Positions 18,608 to 29,427 of a stretch of DNA of 54,717 nt are shown in pieces. The notes beneath the pieces were generated by a model. The model saw only the letters and a program-made list of their open reading frames with translations. It searched no databases and was not told where the DNA came from. The translations under genes were made by a program, and so were the position numbers. Within the stretch, counting starts at the first letter, position 1, and each line of letters starts with the position of its first letter. Location: the IMG/VR virus record IMGVR_UViG_3300043570_000565, positions 1 to 54,717 of that record; one strand, 5' to 3'. The stretch is from a virus (Duplodnaviria; Caudoviricetes).

Positions 18608-21600
18608 ATGGAAGAACAACTATTAAAAGATTACGTAGCAACGTATTTAAATCCTAAGTATAATGGTGATTGGGATTTAGTTAATTCAAAGTTCCCTGAG
18701 TTATCTGGACTTGACAAGCAATTGTTAAAAGACTATGTAGCAACGTATACAAATCCAAAGTATAATGGAGATTGGGATGTGGTAAACTCAAAGTTCCCGG
18801 AACTATTCCCAGCAGGAGAAACTTCTTCCGAGCCAGTAAAAAAAAAAGATACGGTATCACCATTTGTGGATGGTGGTTCGGAGCTTACAAGATTTGATCC
18901 TGCAAGTGGGCAGGTTGTACAGGAGACTCCTGAGTTTGCCACATCTAAGCCTGAAGTAAAGATCCCTGAGCAGAAGCTACCTGCACGTACTGAGTTCCAA
19001 TACCAGCCTGGCAAGCCTTTGCCTGAGCAGAAGACAGCACCACTCCCTAAGTTTGTTGAGGATCAGTTATCCACTGTTAAACCAGAGCTTATAGGGAAGA
19101 CTGAAGAGAATGTTGTACCACAACTTAAGTATCAGTTCGGTCCACTAGGATTTAAGTTCGAGGAGACTAGAGCTGGAGATTACATGATGGCTACATCTCC
19201 ATCTGGAGAGTCTATTTATATTTCTTTAGACGTTGTAGATAACAAGGATAAGGAGATAGAAGCCAATAAGCTAAACGCATTTTTAAGAAAGGGTGCCACC
19301 ACTGTAAAGAACTTATCTACTCTACAGAAGCAATACACGGACGCTAATAAAAAGATTGTATCTCAGAAAGAACTTGATGAGTCTCTGGCAAGCATCAATG
19401 CAGAGGAGACCAAAATCATGGCAAGGAACGCTGAGTTTGTTAAGGCACAGAATAAACTAGAGGCAGAGAAAGCACAACTAGAAAGTGTTCCTGTACAGCA
19501 AAGAAACAATCCAGCTTACATTGCTAGAGTAAATGACTTTATTGAAAGAGCTGATCAGTTTAGTGGTGAGTTCCAGACATTCGTAAAAGATGCTGAAGAC
19601 TTATCAAAGAGAGGCCAGCAATTAAATAAGTCTATAGGCAAGTACACTGAGATGAAAGCAGAGCAAGGCACATGGTATGGTGCTGGTTTAAATGCATTTG
19701 CTAACAAGTCATACTATAATATGGCTAAGGGATTCACCGGACTTACTATTGATTTGCTAGGTGAGTTTCTTCCAAAAGAAGCCTTGATGAGTCAAGATGA
19801 TTACGAGAAAAACTTTGTTGATCAAGCCAAGAAGGAGGGTATAGCGATACCTGAAGGAGAGGATTTTGCTGATCTTACTAGCAAAATGGATGCAGAGACA
19901 ATCGCAAGGATTGAAAATAAGGTTAGGGACTTATCGAAGAAGATTGTCAAAGGAGATATGATGGAGTCCTTAGGAGTCACATCAGACATGATGATGAAGG
20001 CTAGTGGGGTTTCTCCAGAATACTATAAATCAATTGAGAATAATTTTGTAGGCGGTGCTTTACTTGGCACACTATCATCTATACCGGCAATGGCTGGTGG
20101 ATCATTAACAAGAACTGTATTAATGGGATCTCAAATATTGGGTGGTATAGATGAGGAGATGTCTAATGATCCTGCGTTTGAAGGGATATCAGAGAATGAG
20201 AAGTACCTTGTTAAGGGGCCAATAACAGTAGCTGTTGCCCTGCTTGAGAAGGCTGGATTAAGCAACTTATTAAATCAAAAAGGTTTCTTAAATGGATTGG
20301 TACTTAAGGCATTAGGAAAGGCTAGTGCAGGAGCGAGTTATAAAACTCTAGGTGGATTGATTAGTAATGAAATAGATAATGTTGCTGCTAGAGGTGCTTT
20401 GACATTAGGGGCTGGTTTCCTAGCTGAGGCTGAGACAGGTGCATTACAGGAGGTAGCTGACATCACGGCCAAAGAAATTTACAATATGGCTAAGGAGAAG
20501 GAGATGTTTGATACTCCTGATTCGGTAGTCCAATTCATAGAGCAGGTAGGCAAGGCTGGTTTACAAGAAGGTATTGGAGCTGGTGTACTTAGTGTCCCAG
20601 GATCTGTATCTGCTGCCTATACTGGTAAAGGATTCTTGGGAATGGACGATACTCAGTTTGCTATGTTTGAAAAGATGGCGAACGACTCAAACATTCAGAA
20701 GGGATTCGTTGCTAGGCTCAAGTCTAGAATTAATAACGGTGAGATTACTGCTGCTGAAGGCAAGGACATACTTAATAATTACAGAAATTCTGTAGGCTTA
20801 TTTAACTCATTACCTGAGAACCTTGACATGCAAGGTAAGAAGGAGGCGATGAATTTACTTAAGGAGAAGCGTGACTTGGAGCGTCAGATTGATGGCAAGG
20901 ATCAGGCATTAACTACTCCTCAGCGTAATAGAGTAAACGAAATAAATCAACAACTTACTAAACTATCAGAAGATGCCGTTCAAAAGCAAGCAGCAGGTGA
21001 AGTACCTGTACAGCCAGGAGCCACAGTTGGCCAAGAAGTGGCGCAAGGAGAACCCCAAGCAGAACCTCAAGGCATTGCCCAAGAAGGTCAAGAAGTAGTA
21101 AGCCCTACGTTAGACTTAGATGGAGAGGTATCCTTACTTGAGCAGTTACTTGCACAGGAGGAGACTGCACCTACTGTGTCCGCTGGTATATCAATCTCAA
21201 GTGATACTGATGTTGAGGAGTTGAGAAATAGAACTCAGTCAAGGTCTCAGCAGGCAACAACAAAAGAAGATAAGGAATCTTCTAGTACAAGGTTGAGTAT
21301 TATTGATACCGCTAAGAAGGCCATCAATACATTGAAGTCAGTGTTCCCTAATCTTGATATTGTGATGCATGAAGATGAAGGCAGCTACAATGCTTCTATG
21401 CAAGAGATAGGTGGGAGGGCTGGATCTAGAGGAAACTTCTTTACTGATACTGATCAAGATGGTAATACAACAGGTAGGATCGATATCAATCTATCTAAAG
21501 CTAACTCTAGAACAGTAGCTCATGAGATTGCTCATGGCATACTAATAAATACTTTTGGAGACAATGTAAACTTATTCAATGACTTTAGAACAAGGTTGTC

Positions 21601-24600
21601 TAAGGTCCTTAAGGGAGACGTAAACAAGAAGTTAAATGATTTTGCTAATCAGTATGTTGATAAAAAGACAGGTAAGTTATTAGATGTAAACCACGAGGAG
21701 TTCTTAGCTGAGCTTACTGGAGCACTAGAACAACAGGAGGCCAACTTGTCTGTAACTACAATTCAGAAAGTTGCTGCGTTAATTAATGAGTTTGTGTCTA
21801 AGATTACAGGGGGTAAGTTTACCCCATTTGAGGACATAAAGAATACCAAGGATGTAGTTGACTTCTTTAACACCATATCTGGTGCTATCAGAGAAGGTAA
21901 TCAGATACAACAACTAAATAGTCAAGAGCCATATACTTCAGGTGTAGCACTACCTGTAATTAATCCTAATGAATTTGTTGGTAAGAAGTTTAGATCTCAG
22001 CTTGAGATAGGTGATTATAAATTCCCCTCTGGCATAGACATTCTTAGAATAGCTGATCTTCCTATAAAGAATTTAACCGAATTGGTAAAGCAATATGAAG
22101 GTAAAGTTGTTATTATTACTAGTGATGCCACTGGATATGGTGTAGATAAAAATGGAGATCCTATCTTAGGTGGATTTGGATTTGCTTCAAACAAAAAGAA
22201 TGTTGATGATGGTATTGGATTCGCAAGTCTGGGGACTGGTACAGTAAGTGGTACTTATACAGCAGCTGATAAAGCTTATGGTACAGGAAAGACTCTTGTA
22301 CTAGTAATGATTCAACCACCTCATACAACAATTAATAATTCGTATGGTGCTAAGTATATTGTCAGAGGACTAAAAGAAATAGCTGCATCTTCTAAAGAGG
22401 AGTTAGCAAAAACCAAAGAGTCAATTAAGACCTTTATAAAAGATTCTACGGTTATTCAAGACGAATTAAAAAAGATTAAAGGATCAGAGAAAAGATTGTT
22501 TGATTTTATTGATAGCATAAATGAGAACACCAATATAGATGATGCTGTTAAAGAATTCCTAAATGATACTACTTTTACTGTAAGAAAATTACTTGGTCAG
22601 GGTATATTGTTTAAGAATAAAGATATAAGACCTGATTCAAGTACCACGTATAGTAAGATTGCATTTAATAATATTGGATATAATATCTATGATTTCTTAA
22701 AGGAGTATGGTGACAATACAATACTCACAGATGATTTAATACTAAATGATATTGGAGGATATGTTGTTGGTGGATTTGAATTAGATGTAGTTCCTAATGA
22801 TCAAAGAGAAAATATAATAAATGATATTCAAAACAAAGGTATAGTTCATCCATTATTCAACGCTAAACTTCCTGGCACTAATCACTTTAGATTAGATGCT
22901 CTTTATGATGTTGAAGAAAACTTTGCTCAGTACGCAGTACCTGATACTCAGATATCTATACCTAAAGAAGAGAGAGATGCTTTGGTAAGAGAACTTTACA
23001 AAGATGATAGATTCTACTTAGCTAAAAATAGATCTATACCTTTAGAAGAAAGGACATACACTCATCTAACTGTTCCAGCCAAAGTTGAATTTAAGGATAC
23101 GTATTTAAAACCTAGGGGACTACTAATTGAAACAGCTCCAAAAGTTTCAACAAAGGTAGCTAGAGGAGAAGGCTTTATCCCTATAGAAGGTGCCGCTGAA
23201 CAAATGGCGAAGAGAAATTTTGTAAGCAGATCACAGATAAATGAAGAGCTATCAAAGGCATCTGGATCAACACAAGTTGCAACTACAAAGGGCAGTTATA
23301 GAAAGGCTGCAAATATTTTAAAGAATATTGGTGTAGATGGTGAGGTCCTAGACTATGGAGCAGGGCTTGGATTAGGTACTGATGCCATGAGTGAGGTCCT
23401 TGATAAGCCTGTTGATTCATTAGAAATTAATCCAGAAAGATGGAAGGGAATTAGGCCAGTAAAATATACTGATGCCAATCAAATAGATAAGAAGTATGAT
23501 GGAATAGTATCCTTGAATGTAGTAAATGTAGTTCCAAAAGAAGTAAGGGACTTCATTGTTCTTGACATATTTAATAATCTTAAAGAAGGTGGAACTGCTA
23601 TTATAAGTTCAAGAGGATTTAAAGGAGACATTGATGGTGCTAAAAACTTTGTCGATGGAGGTGAAGAAAAAAGTTACATAATAAAAAAGAGAGAGAAGGG
23701 CAAATTTATTTATGTATTCCAAAAGGGATATGATGGTAATGAGTTGTTTGAATATGTTCAAGGTTTATTAGGAGACTCTGCATTAGTATTGCCTAACAAT
23801 ACATTCGGTAAAAGAGGAGTTGTAATAACTAAACTTAGCAATGTAAAAAGCAGATCTCAATTACCTGGCAATGATGCACAGAGAATAGTTAATCTAGGAC
23901 GTGCTAATGGTTTGTCTGATCAAGCGATATCAAATGTATTAGAGAAGCGTGGCTTCACTCAAGAAGCCATTGACACTGCAATAGGTAAGGCTGAGCCTGC
24001 CGCTAAGAAGGTTGAGGTAACTGAGGAGTTTGCTCCGGGGTATGACCGAATGATTGATGAGCTTGAGGGTGTGGTTGAGAAGTCATTAAATCGTGGTACC
24101 ACTGAGGATAGAGCAATGGAAAATGCCATAAACTATCTACAGGGTACTAAGGTATACGAGAACGCTACTGACGTACAGCGTGAGGCTATGGTCCGTGATG
24201 TACGTAAGCGATTCAAGAAGCGTGAGAAGCGTGCTCCTAGTGCTGAGAAGGTAGTAGGTAAGCCAAAGAAGAAGGAGGTTACTGTCGATGAGATGGTAGC
24301 ACTGAAGGACCAGATTAAGCTTGAGGCAAGAGCTGCTCGTGAAGCTAAGGGAGACCTTAATACCAAACGAAAAGCATTGGCTGCTAAGGTGTCTGCATTG
24401 AAGGGTAAGGGAACGGTTACTACTAACCAGCTTGATACTATTATAAGAAGGATTGAGAGAACTAATCTTGACAATCCTATCATGGTAGATAGGTTGCTTG
24501 CATACATTGAGAAGGTGTTTGATAATGCCAACTATGCAGCGGACATGGCTGAGTTAAGAAAGCTACAACGTCAGGCAAGAACCAAGAAGCATACATCAAT

Positions 24601-27600
24601 GAAGGACTTTGTTGATAGGTTTACTTTTATTAATCCAGAGCTTATCCCACTTGATAGACTACAAGACTACAAGGAAGCACTTGACTTCTTGAATAACCTA
24701 ACTCCTTCTTATGCTAGGATGAATGAGATGCTTCCTGAGATTGAATCTTATCAGGTATCTGAAGAGTTTGATGCAGCTAAGACCTTTGATGGTCTTATGA
24801 GTAAGTATGAAAGCATAGCATTGAATGAGGTTGGTAGTGTAGAGGATTATGTTAATTTAATAAAGGACATAAACTCATTTAAGAGAAAGGCATTTCAGTT
24901 ACTACAGAACGAAGCGATTACTCAGGAAGAATATGACAACCTAATTGATATGGTTGGAAAGGATCAGGCTGAGATAGAGAAGAGATATGAAAAAGAAATC
25001 ACTCAGATAAAGAAGGACTTGATTGCTGAGATAAAGAATCAGAGACCAAAGACTAATCCTGAATTCACTAAGGAAGAGAATGATTTAATCAAAGAATACC
25101 TAGAGCTTAGCGATGCTGACCTTGAGAGTCTATCTCCTGAGGACTTGTTTGTACTAAATGATTTGCTTGAGAACGTAAGCAATGGAGAGATTGACTACTA
25201 TAGATTTAAGAACGTAGTGTCAAAGGCAGCCAATAACAAGGCTGGTGTTGAAGTTGGTAAGCAGTTAAAAGCATCTAAGTTAAGTCTTGGGTCGGCAGAA
25301 TTGAGAAAGAAGATGGCTCAGTTTGAAAGCTCATTCTGGGAGGGGCTTCTTGGTTTAGGTAGAGCCACATCAGGTCCACTACAAAAGTTTATTATCTCTC
25401 CTTTCAATAGAGCAATTGGATCATACGAAAAGTTTTTAAGAGATGGATACAATGATTTCTTAAAGCTTAAGAAGAAGTATAAGATTGATGATTCTAAGTT
25501 TATAAAAAGCACTAAGCAAATGAGCAAGATTGGTATGCTAACCACATACCTTCAAGAGTACATGGCTCAGTTTGACCCTAAGAACAAAGGCATTAAGGAT
25601 ATCGGTAAGCGTGATTGGTTCAAGGAAATATTAGACACCGAAACCATGAGGGACGATTACTCCCCTGAAGAGCTTAAGATTATTGAAGAGATTCATAAGA
25701 GTCTACCTAAAGATAAGGATGGTAATGTAGATCCTAAGGCGGTATACGATAGCTACATAGCTAACGATGGTAAGTTCTTTACCAAGAATGAGAAGGGATT
25801 CTTTGATGCAGTAATGGAGTGGAAGAAGAATAACTCAACATCAAAGCAGAAGGCAGCTAATGAAATGAGTGGCAATGCATTTAAGGAGATTCCTTTTCAC
25901 ATGCTTAGATCAAGATACTCTGGCCAGACTTCACAGATTACCCCATCAACATCTGGTGATAATGGTATGATACGAATCAAGGCTGGTACCGGTAAGGAGA
26001 GAGCAAGCGAAGCAGTAGGTGCTATCAATACAAACTTTGAGAAGCTATTCATCAAAGGACTTGAGCAGACTGGAAGAGATTACTTCTTATCCAAGGCACT
26101 AAAGGATATCAACAACGTGTTGGCATCTGCTAAGAAAGAACTTAATGGAGATAAAGATCCGCTAGTTAAGGCTATATCTTATACGCTATCTGATGCATTA
26201 GCTTATGAGTTTAGTGATACAGCTAGTCAGAACATATTGAAGAGATTGGTTCAGGCAAGAGCTGCTATGACATTGTTCGATCCTATCAGAGCAGGAGTTG
26301 AATTTACATCTACTCTACTATCCTTTGGTCTAAGAGCCAGAACATTATCTGGATACAAGAACTTATTCGGTAGTCAGGGAGATATGAGAAATCTACTTGA
26401 GTTCACGGATAGCCCACTAAGACTACGTCAGAATATCAACAATGCAATTGATATCAATGATGGAAGGATAGAACCACAGGGGATGCTTACGAAGTGGACA
26501 ACATTCCTATCTGGTCTACCAGAAAGAACAATGATGGTTACCTCATGGATGCCAACATTCACTAGTGAGTTTCAGAATATCACGAAGGAGAAGTTTGACA
26601 TGAAGAAGTTTAATGATAGCGAAGCATACAGAGAGAAGTATGGTAAGGCAATCAAAGAAGCTTCTGCTGTGGCTGATGCTCAGACTGAGAAGATTATTGG
26701 TCCAACAACAAAGGCAGGACAGAGAAGAGACATTGTAATTTTCCCTGGTAAAACTGTTGGCAGGGACACGGTGTCTGGTCAAATCCTTGGCTTCTTTAGC
26801 AACTATCCTTATCGAGAAGTAACTGAATTTGTAAATGGATTTAAGGAAGCAGGTGAGGTATTAAAGAAAGGTGATACAGTAGAAGCAATCAGTCAGTTGC
26901 AAAAGCCACTGGGTATTGCATTGAACGTGGCTGCCTACGGATTCTTATCCTCAGTAGTATACGCATCCAGATTAATACTTCTTGGAGACGAGGATGAAGA
27001 GGAGAGAGGCAACAAGTTACTTGAGGAGTTGATGACTTCTAAAGGATTCATTGAGGAGACAGCGGCAAATGCAGCAGCATTAGCAGCAAGTAAGTACGCA
27101 GGTGGAGGTAGAGCTATGCTACAGGTGTTAGGCACTTTAGGTATGATGCTGACTGACAATGAGGAAACAAAGACTACAATTAAAAAGATGCTAAAGGGAA
27201 GTGTCTACGTAGATCCTCTACCTACTCAGAAGTTAAGTGGATATGGTACCGCAGATAAAGTAAATACAGCAATACTAAAATACATTCCTCAGCTTGTGGT
27301 GCTTGGAAATATAATTATAGATGGTATTGGGGCTATTAACGAAGTTAAAGCTATATACGACAAGGTAGAAAGCAAAGGAGTGAATGCACTAACAGAAGAT
27401 GAGGAGCTAAGAGTATTAGCATTGAGTGCAATGTTTACAGCAACTCAATTGTACTTAAATTATAAGGGAACATCATTACCATCTTACAACACCTTGAAGG
27501 CAGGAATGAAAACAGTAAAGGAGGAAGCAGGAGTCGCTGATATATCTGCTGGAAAAGTACCTGCCAAAAAGAAATCATCTAGTGGTGGTGGAGGTGGTAG

Positions 27601-27772
27601 AGCTAAGACAATGAACAAGACTGACTTGAAGAAATATAACCGTGAGTTATATGATCAGATGTATGGATCTGGGTCTGCTACTTATGAGATAGAGCAGGAG
27701 ATAAAAGCATTCGAGAAGGAACAACGAGAATTTAAAAAGGATATCAAGGATAGAGTTTTTGGTGGGGACTAA
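18608..27772 (+). CDS. Giant polyvalent ejection protein (zincin-like HExxH domain and class I SAM-dependent methyltransferase domain)
   Basis: 3054 aa; HEIAH at 21521-21535 with downstream HEEFLAE; VLDYGAGLG...YDGIVSLNVVNV...LKEGG at ~23345-23600; last gene of the virion operon. Confidence 0.7.
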   Translation: MEEQLLKDYVATYLNPKYNGDWDLVNSKFPELSGLDKQLLKDYVATYTNPKYNGDWDVVNSKFPELFPAGETSSEPVKKKDTVSPFVDGGSELTRFDPASGQVVQETPEFATSKPEVKIPEQKLPARTEFQYQPGKPLPEQKTAPLPKFVEDQLSTVKPELIGKTEENVVPQLKYQFGPLGFKFEETRAGDYMMATSPSGESIYISLDVVDNKDKEIEANKLNAFLRKGATTVKNLSTLQKQYTDANKKIVSQKELDESLASINAEETKIMARNAEFVKAQNKLEAEKAQLESVPVQQRNNPAYIARVNDFIERADQFSGEFQTFVKDAEDLSKRGQQLNKSIGKYTEMKAEQGTWYGAGLNAFANKSYYNMAKGFTGLTIDLLGEFLPKEALMSQDDYEKNFVDQAKKEGIAIPEGEDFADLTSKMDAETIARIENKVRDLSKKIVKGDMMESLGVTSDMMMKASGVSPEYYKSIENNFVGGALLGTLSSIPAMAGGSLTRTVLMGSQILGGIDEEMSNDPAFEGISENEKYLVKGPITVAVALLEKAGLSNLLNQKGFLNGLVLKALGKASAGASYKTLGGLISNEIDNVAARGALTLGAGFLAEAETGALQEVADITAKEIYNMAKEKEMFDTPDSVVQFIEQVGKAGLQEGIGAGVLSVPGSVSAAYTGKGFLGMDDTQFAMFEKMANDSNIQKGFVARLKSRINNGEITAAEGKDILNNYRNSVGLFNSLPENLDMQGKKEAMNLLKEKRDLERQIDGKDQALTTPQRNRVNEINQQLTKLSEDAVQKQAAGEVPVQPGATVGQEVAQGEPQAEPQGIAQEGQEVVSPTLDLDGEVSLLEQLLAQEETAPTVSAGISISSDTDVEELRNRTQSRSQQATTKEDKESSSTRLSIIDTAKKAINTLKSVFPNLDIVMHEDEGSYNASMQEIGGRAGSRGNFFTDTDQDGNTTGRIDINLSKANSRTVAHEIAHGILINTFGDNVNLFNDFRTRLSKVLKGDVNKKLNDFANQYVDKKTGKLLDVNHEEFLAELTGALEQQEANLSVTTIQKVAALINEFVSKITGGKFTPFEDIKNTKDVVDFFNTISGAIREGNQIQQLNSQEPYTSGVALPVINPNEFVGKKFRSQLEIGDYKFPSGIDILRIADLPIKNLTELVKQYEGKVVIITSDATGYGVDKNGDPILGGFGFASNKKNVDDGIGFASLGTGTVSGTYTAADKAYGTGKTLVLVMIQPPHTTINNSYGAKYIVRGLKEIAASSKEELAKTKESIKTFIKDSTVIQDELKKIKGSEKRLFDFIDSINENTNIDDAVKEFLNDTTFTVRKLLGQGILFKNKDIRPDSSTTYSKIAFNNIGYNIYDFLKEYGDNTILTDDLILNDIGGYVVGGFELDVVPNDQRENIINDIQNKGIVHPLFNAKLPGTNHFRLDALYDVEENFAQYAVPDTQISIPKEERDALVRELYKDDRFYLAKNRSIPLEERTYTHLTVPAKVEFKDTYLKPRGLLIETAPKVSTKVARGEGFIPIEGAAEQMAKRNFVSRSQINEELSKASGSTQVATTKGSYRKAANILKNIGVDGEVLDYGAGLGLGTDAMSEVLDKPVDSLEINPERWKGIRPVKYTDANQIDKKYDGIVSLNVVNVVPKEVRDFIVLDIFNNLKEGGTAIISSRGFKGDIDGAKNFVDGGEEKSYIIKKREKGKFIYVFQKGYDGNELFEYVQGLLGDSALVLPNNTFGKRGVVITKLSNVKSRSQLPGNDAQRIVNLGRANGLSDQAISNVLEKRGFTQEAIDTAIGKAEPAAKKVEVTEEFAPGYDRMIDELEGVVEKSLNRGTTEDRAMENAINYLQGTKVYENATDVQREAMVRDVRKRFKKREKRAPSAEKVVGKPKKKEVTVDEMVALKDQIKLEARAAREAKGDLNTKRKALAAKVSALKGKGTVTTNQLDTIIRRIERTNLDNPIMVDRLLAYIEKVFDNANYAADMAELRKLQRQARTKKHTSMKDFVDRFTFINPELIPLDRLQDYKEALDFLNNLTPSYARMNEMLPEIESYQVSEEFDAAKTFDGLMSKYESIALNEVGSVEDYVNLIKDINSFKRKAFQLLQNEAITQEEYDNLIDMVGKDQAEIEKRYEKEITQIKKDLIAEIKNQRPKTNPEFTKEENDLIKEYLELSDADLESLSPEDLFVLNDLLENVSNGEIDYYRFKNVVSKAANNKAGVEVGKQLKASKLSLGSAELRKKMAQFESSFWEGLLGLGRATSGPLQKFIISPFNRAIGSYEKFLRDGYNDFLKLKKKYKIDDSKFIKSTKQMSKIGMLTTYLQEYMAQFDPKNKGIKDIGKRDWFKEILDTETMRDDYSPEELKIIEEIHKSLPKDKDGNVDPKAVYDSYIANDGKFFTKNEKGFFDAVMEWKKNNSTSKQKAANEMSGNAFKEIPFHMLRSRYSGQTSQITPSTSGDNGMIRIKAGTGKERASEAVGAINTNFEKLFIKGLEQTGRDYFLSKALKDINNVLASAKKELNGDKDPLVKAISYTLSDALAYEFSDTASQNILKRLVQARAAMTLFDPIRAGVEFTSTLLSFGLRARTLSGYKNLFGSQGDMRNLLEFTDSPLRLRQNINNAIDINDGRIEPQGMLTKWTTFLSGLPERTMMVTSWMPTFTSEFQNITKEKFDMKKFNDSEAYREKYGKAIKEASAVADAQTEKIIGPTTKAGQRRDIVIFPGKTVGRDTVSGQILGFFSNYPYREVTEFVNGFKEAGEVLKKGDTVEAISQLQKPLGIALNVAAYGFLSSVVYASRLILLGDEDEEERGNKLLEELMTSKGFIEETAANAAALAASKYAGGGRAMLQVLGTLGMMLTDNEETKTTIKKMLKGSVYVDPLPTQKLSGYGTADKVNTAILKYIPQLVVLGNIIIDGIGAINEVKAIYDKVESKGVNALTEDEELRVLALSAMFTATQLYLNYKGTSLPSYNTLKAGMKTVKEEAGVADISAGKVPAKKKSSSGGGGGRAKTMNKTDLKKYNRELYDQMYGSGSATYEIEQEIKAFEKEQREFKKDIKDRVFGGD
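18617..18805 (+). repeat. N-terminal tandem repeat with a 34-aa (102-nt) period in the giant protein
   Basis: QLLKDYVATYxNPKYNGDWDxVNSKFPEL occurs twice. Confidence 0.9.
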
Positions 27773-27966
27773 AAGTCCTCATCATATTCTATTGTCTTGA
27801 TGATATCCCTAAGATCCTTGATAAGACTCTTGACATCTTCCTTAACTGATCCGTACTCCCTGTCCACGAGCTTCTCGTAGATCTCAGCAACGCTGGCATG
27901 GAAGCCTTCTGTAGTGAAGGCTATCCTTGCAGCTCTGTCTCTTTCCTGTTGGAGTCTTGCATCCAT
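27769..27966 (-). CDS. Hypothetical protein
   Basis: 65-aa ORF, last of the minus-strand operon, converging on the giant gene. Confidence 0.6.
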   Translation of the reverse strand: MDARLQQERDRAARIAFTTEGFHASVAEIYEKLVDREYGSVKEDVKSLIKDLRDIIKTIEYDEDF

Positions 27967-28406
27967 TCCTTCTCTGTTATAAAATTGTAAATAGGTTTCA
28001 TTCTTTCTTTGAGTAATCTGATCTCCTGCTTAAGTGCCTCATTCTCTTGTACTAATCTACCAACAATATTGTATGAATCAACTGGTTCGTCCCTAAATTT
28101 ATTCATAACCACCATCTCCTTGCACTTCAGATATAAACTTCTAAATTTTGAATCCAGTTCAACAAGGTCATTGAATCTTTTAAGGTAGTACTCAGCAGCG
28201 TATCTGCTCTTCTTTAAGTTGTATGCTATGCTCTCAACGTGCATGCCTGTGTCCTTTAGTAGTGAGGAGAATATCATTCTGGCTTCCACCTCACCACGGT
28301 ACCTTGTGGTAGATAGGATACGTTCTCCTGTTACTAGTTCAACGATGTTCCGTAGATTATCAATCCTCTTTCTCTCTTCCGTAAAAGAGCTCTGCTTTGA
28401 TTCCAT
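27921..28406 (-). CDS. DnaA domain IV-like (TrpR-like HTH) protein
   Basis: RYRGEVEARMIFSSLL...SIAYNLKKS pattern resembles the DnaA C-terminal domain; likely start MESKQ at 28406. Confidence 0.5.
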   Translation of the reverse strand: MESKQSSFTEERKRIDNLRNIVELVTGERILSTTRYRGEVEARMIFSSLLKDTGMHVESIAYNLKKSRYAAEYYLKRFNDLVELDSKFRSLYLKCKEMVVMNKFRDEPVDSYNIVGRLVQENEALKQEIRLLKERMKPIYNFITEKEWMQDSNRKETELQG

Positions 28407-28614
28407 GTTTCTGTAGTTCTTTGATTCTATATTCCTGTAGTTTACTTGGCTTACCTGTCGCTCGCTTAACTTCGTAGAACTCAACGTCAGAGTCCTTAGG
28501 GATAGCAATTAGGTCAGGGATACCGTTCTTGTTGGTCTTAATCAACTTGATTACATAGTACCCCTGATCCTCCAGGTCCTTCATTAACTTAGTCTGTACC
28601 TGCTGCTCTGTCAT
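28360..28614 (-). CDS. VRR-NUC domain nuclease
   Basis: EQQVQ...GIPDL...FYEVKRATGKPSKLQ PD-(D/E)xK motif. Confidence 0.8.
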   Translation of the reverse strand: MTEQQVQTKLMKDLEDQGYYVIKLIKTNKNGIPDLIAIPKDSDVEFYEVKRATGKPSKLQEYRIKELQKHGIKAELFYGREKED

Positions 28615-28807
28615 AGGGCCTAAAGTTTCTCTTAGCAATCATCAATGATTCTGCCTCAGTGTCAGCGAACCCTGTATCGTATGTGAACCCATCGCTGTAC
28701 CAGTACAGCCACTCCCCTACGTGTGATTGGAACACGCCTATAGATCCTACAGGAACCTCCCTCATGTAGAATAACTTCTTTGCTTGATCTCCGATGTAGA
28801 TTGTCAT
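28589..28807 (-). CDS. Hypothetical protein
   Basis: 72-aa ORF overlapping its neighbours in the operon. Confidence 0.55.
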   Translation of the reverse strand: MTIYIGDQAKKLFYMREVPVGSIGVFQSHVGEWLYWYSDGFTYDTGFADTEAESLMIAKRNFRPYDRAAGTD

Positions 28808-28995
28808 TTCACTATCTCTTTAAGTTGATTCCAGATACTCTCTGCATTCTCACCCCAGTAGTATTCACACTTACCATCCTTGATAGGTGGATTCATGAAG
28901 TAAGATTGGTAATCGCTAGGCTTAGCTTTAAACCTATAGCACTTTTCTTTGTGGGGACAATCTGTCCCCGGGCACATCGTTATGTCTGGACTCAT
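28804..28995 (-). CDS. Small Cys-rich phage protein
   Basis: DITMC-x4-CP-x4-CYR...C motif; possibly metal-binding. Confidence 0.65.
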   Translation of the reverse strand: MSPDITMCPGTDCPHKEKCYRFKAKPSDYQSYFMNPPIKDGKCEYYWGENAESIWNQLKEIVK

Positions 28996-29216
28996 AGTTT
29001 CTCTAGTTCTTGTTTAACTTCTTTCCAATACATTAAACCCTTATATGCTGTATTTTCGTGCAACAAATAATTTTTATAATAACTTAATATTTCATCTACT
29101 GCAATCAATGCACATCTTATAGCAGAGTGTATATCTCTGACATCATTGTATCCATCTTGGGATTCACTATGTATGAACTTATCTATCAGTTCTTCTGCTT
29201 TTTCTTTAGGTGTCAT
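28992..29216 (-). CDS. Conserved small protein of Bacteroidota phages
   Basis: MTPKEKAEEL...CALIAVDEIL...YWKEVKQELEKL pattern. Confidence 0.6.
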   Translation of the reverse strand: MTPKEKAEELIDKFIHSESQDGYNDVRDIHSAIRCALIAVDEILSYYKNYLLHENTAYKGLMYWKEVKQELEKL

Positions 29217-29427
29217 CTCCGTAGGTTTCTTTGTAGTATTGTTCTGAATTAATTTCTCCGACATCTGAATACTGAATCTCTAAATCACATGCTCCACATT
29301 TGTAAGCATCTTTAATCTGCTCCTTCTCCATTTCTTTGGCTTTCTTTAAAACATCTGTACCACTTACCTTGTCGAACCAAGTTGAAGTAAGCTGATCATA
29401 TAACCATTCTACTGCTGTCTGTTTCAT
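29206..29427 (-). CDS. Conserved small protein of Bacteroidota phages
   Basis: MKQTAVEWL...AKEMEKEQI...EQYYKETY pattern. Confidence 0.65.
   Translation of the reverse strand: MKQTAVEWLYDQLTSTWFDKVSGTDVLKKAKEMEKEQIKDAYKCGACDLEIQYSDVGEINSEQYYKETYGDDT

Noticed and set aside
18608-27772. Virion RNA polymerase as in crAss-like or N4 phages
   Set aside because: No DxDGD/DFDID catalytic motif in a suitable context; DTDQDGN lies in the zincin-associated segment.
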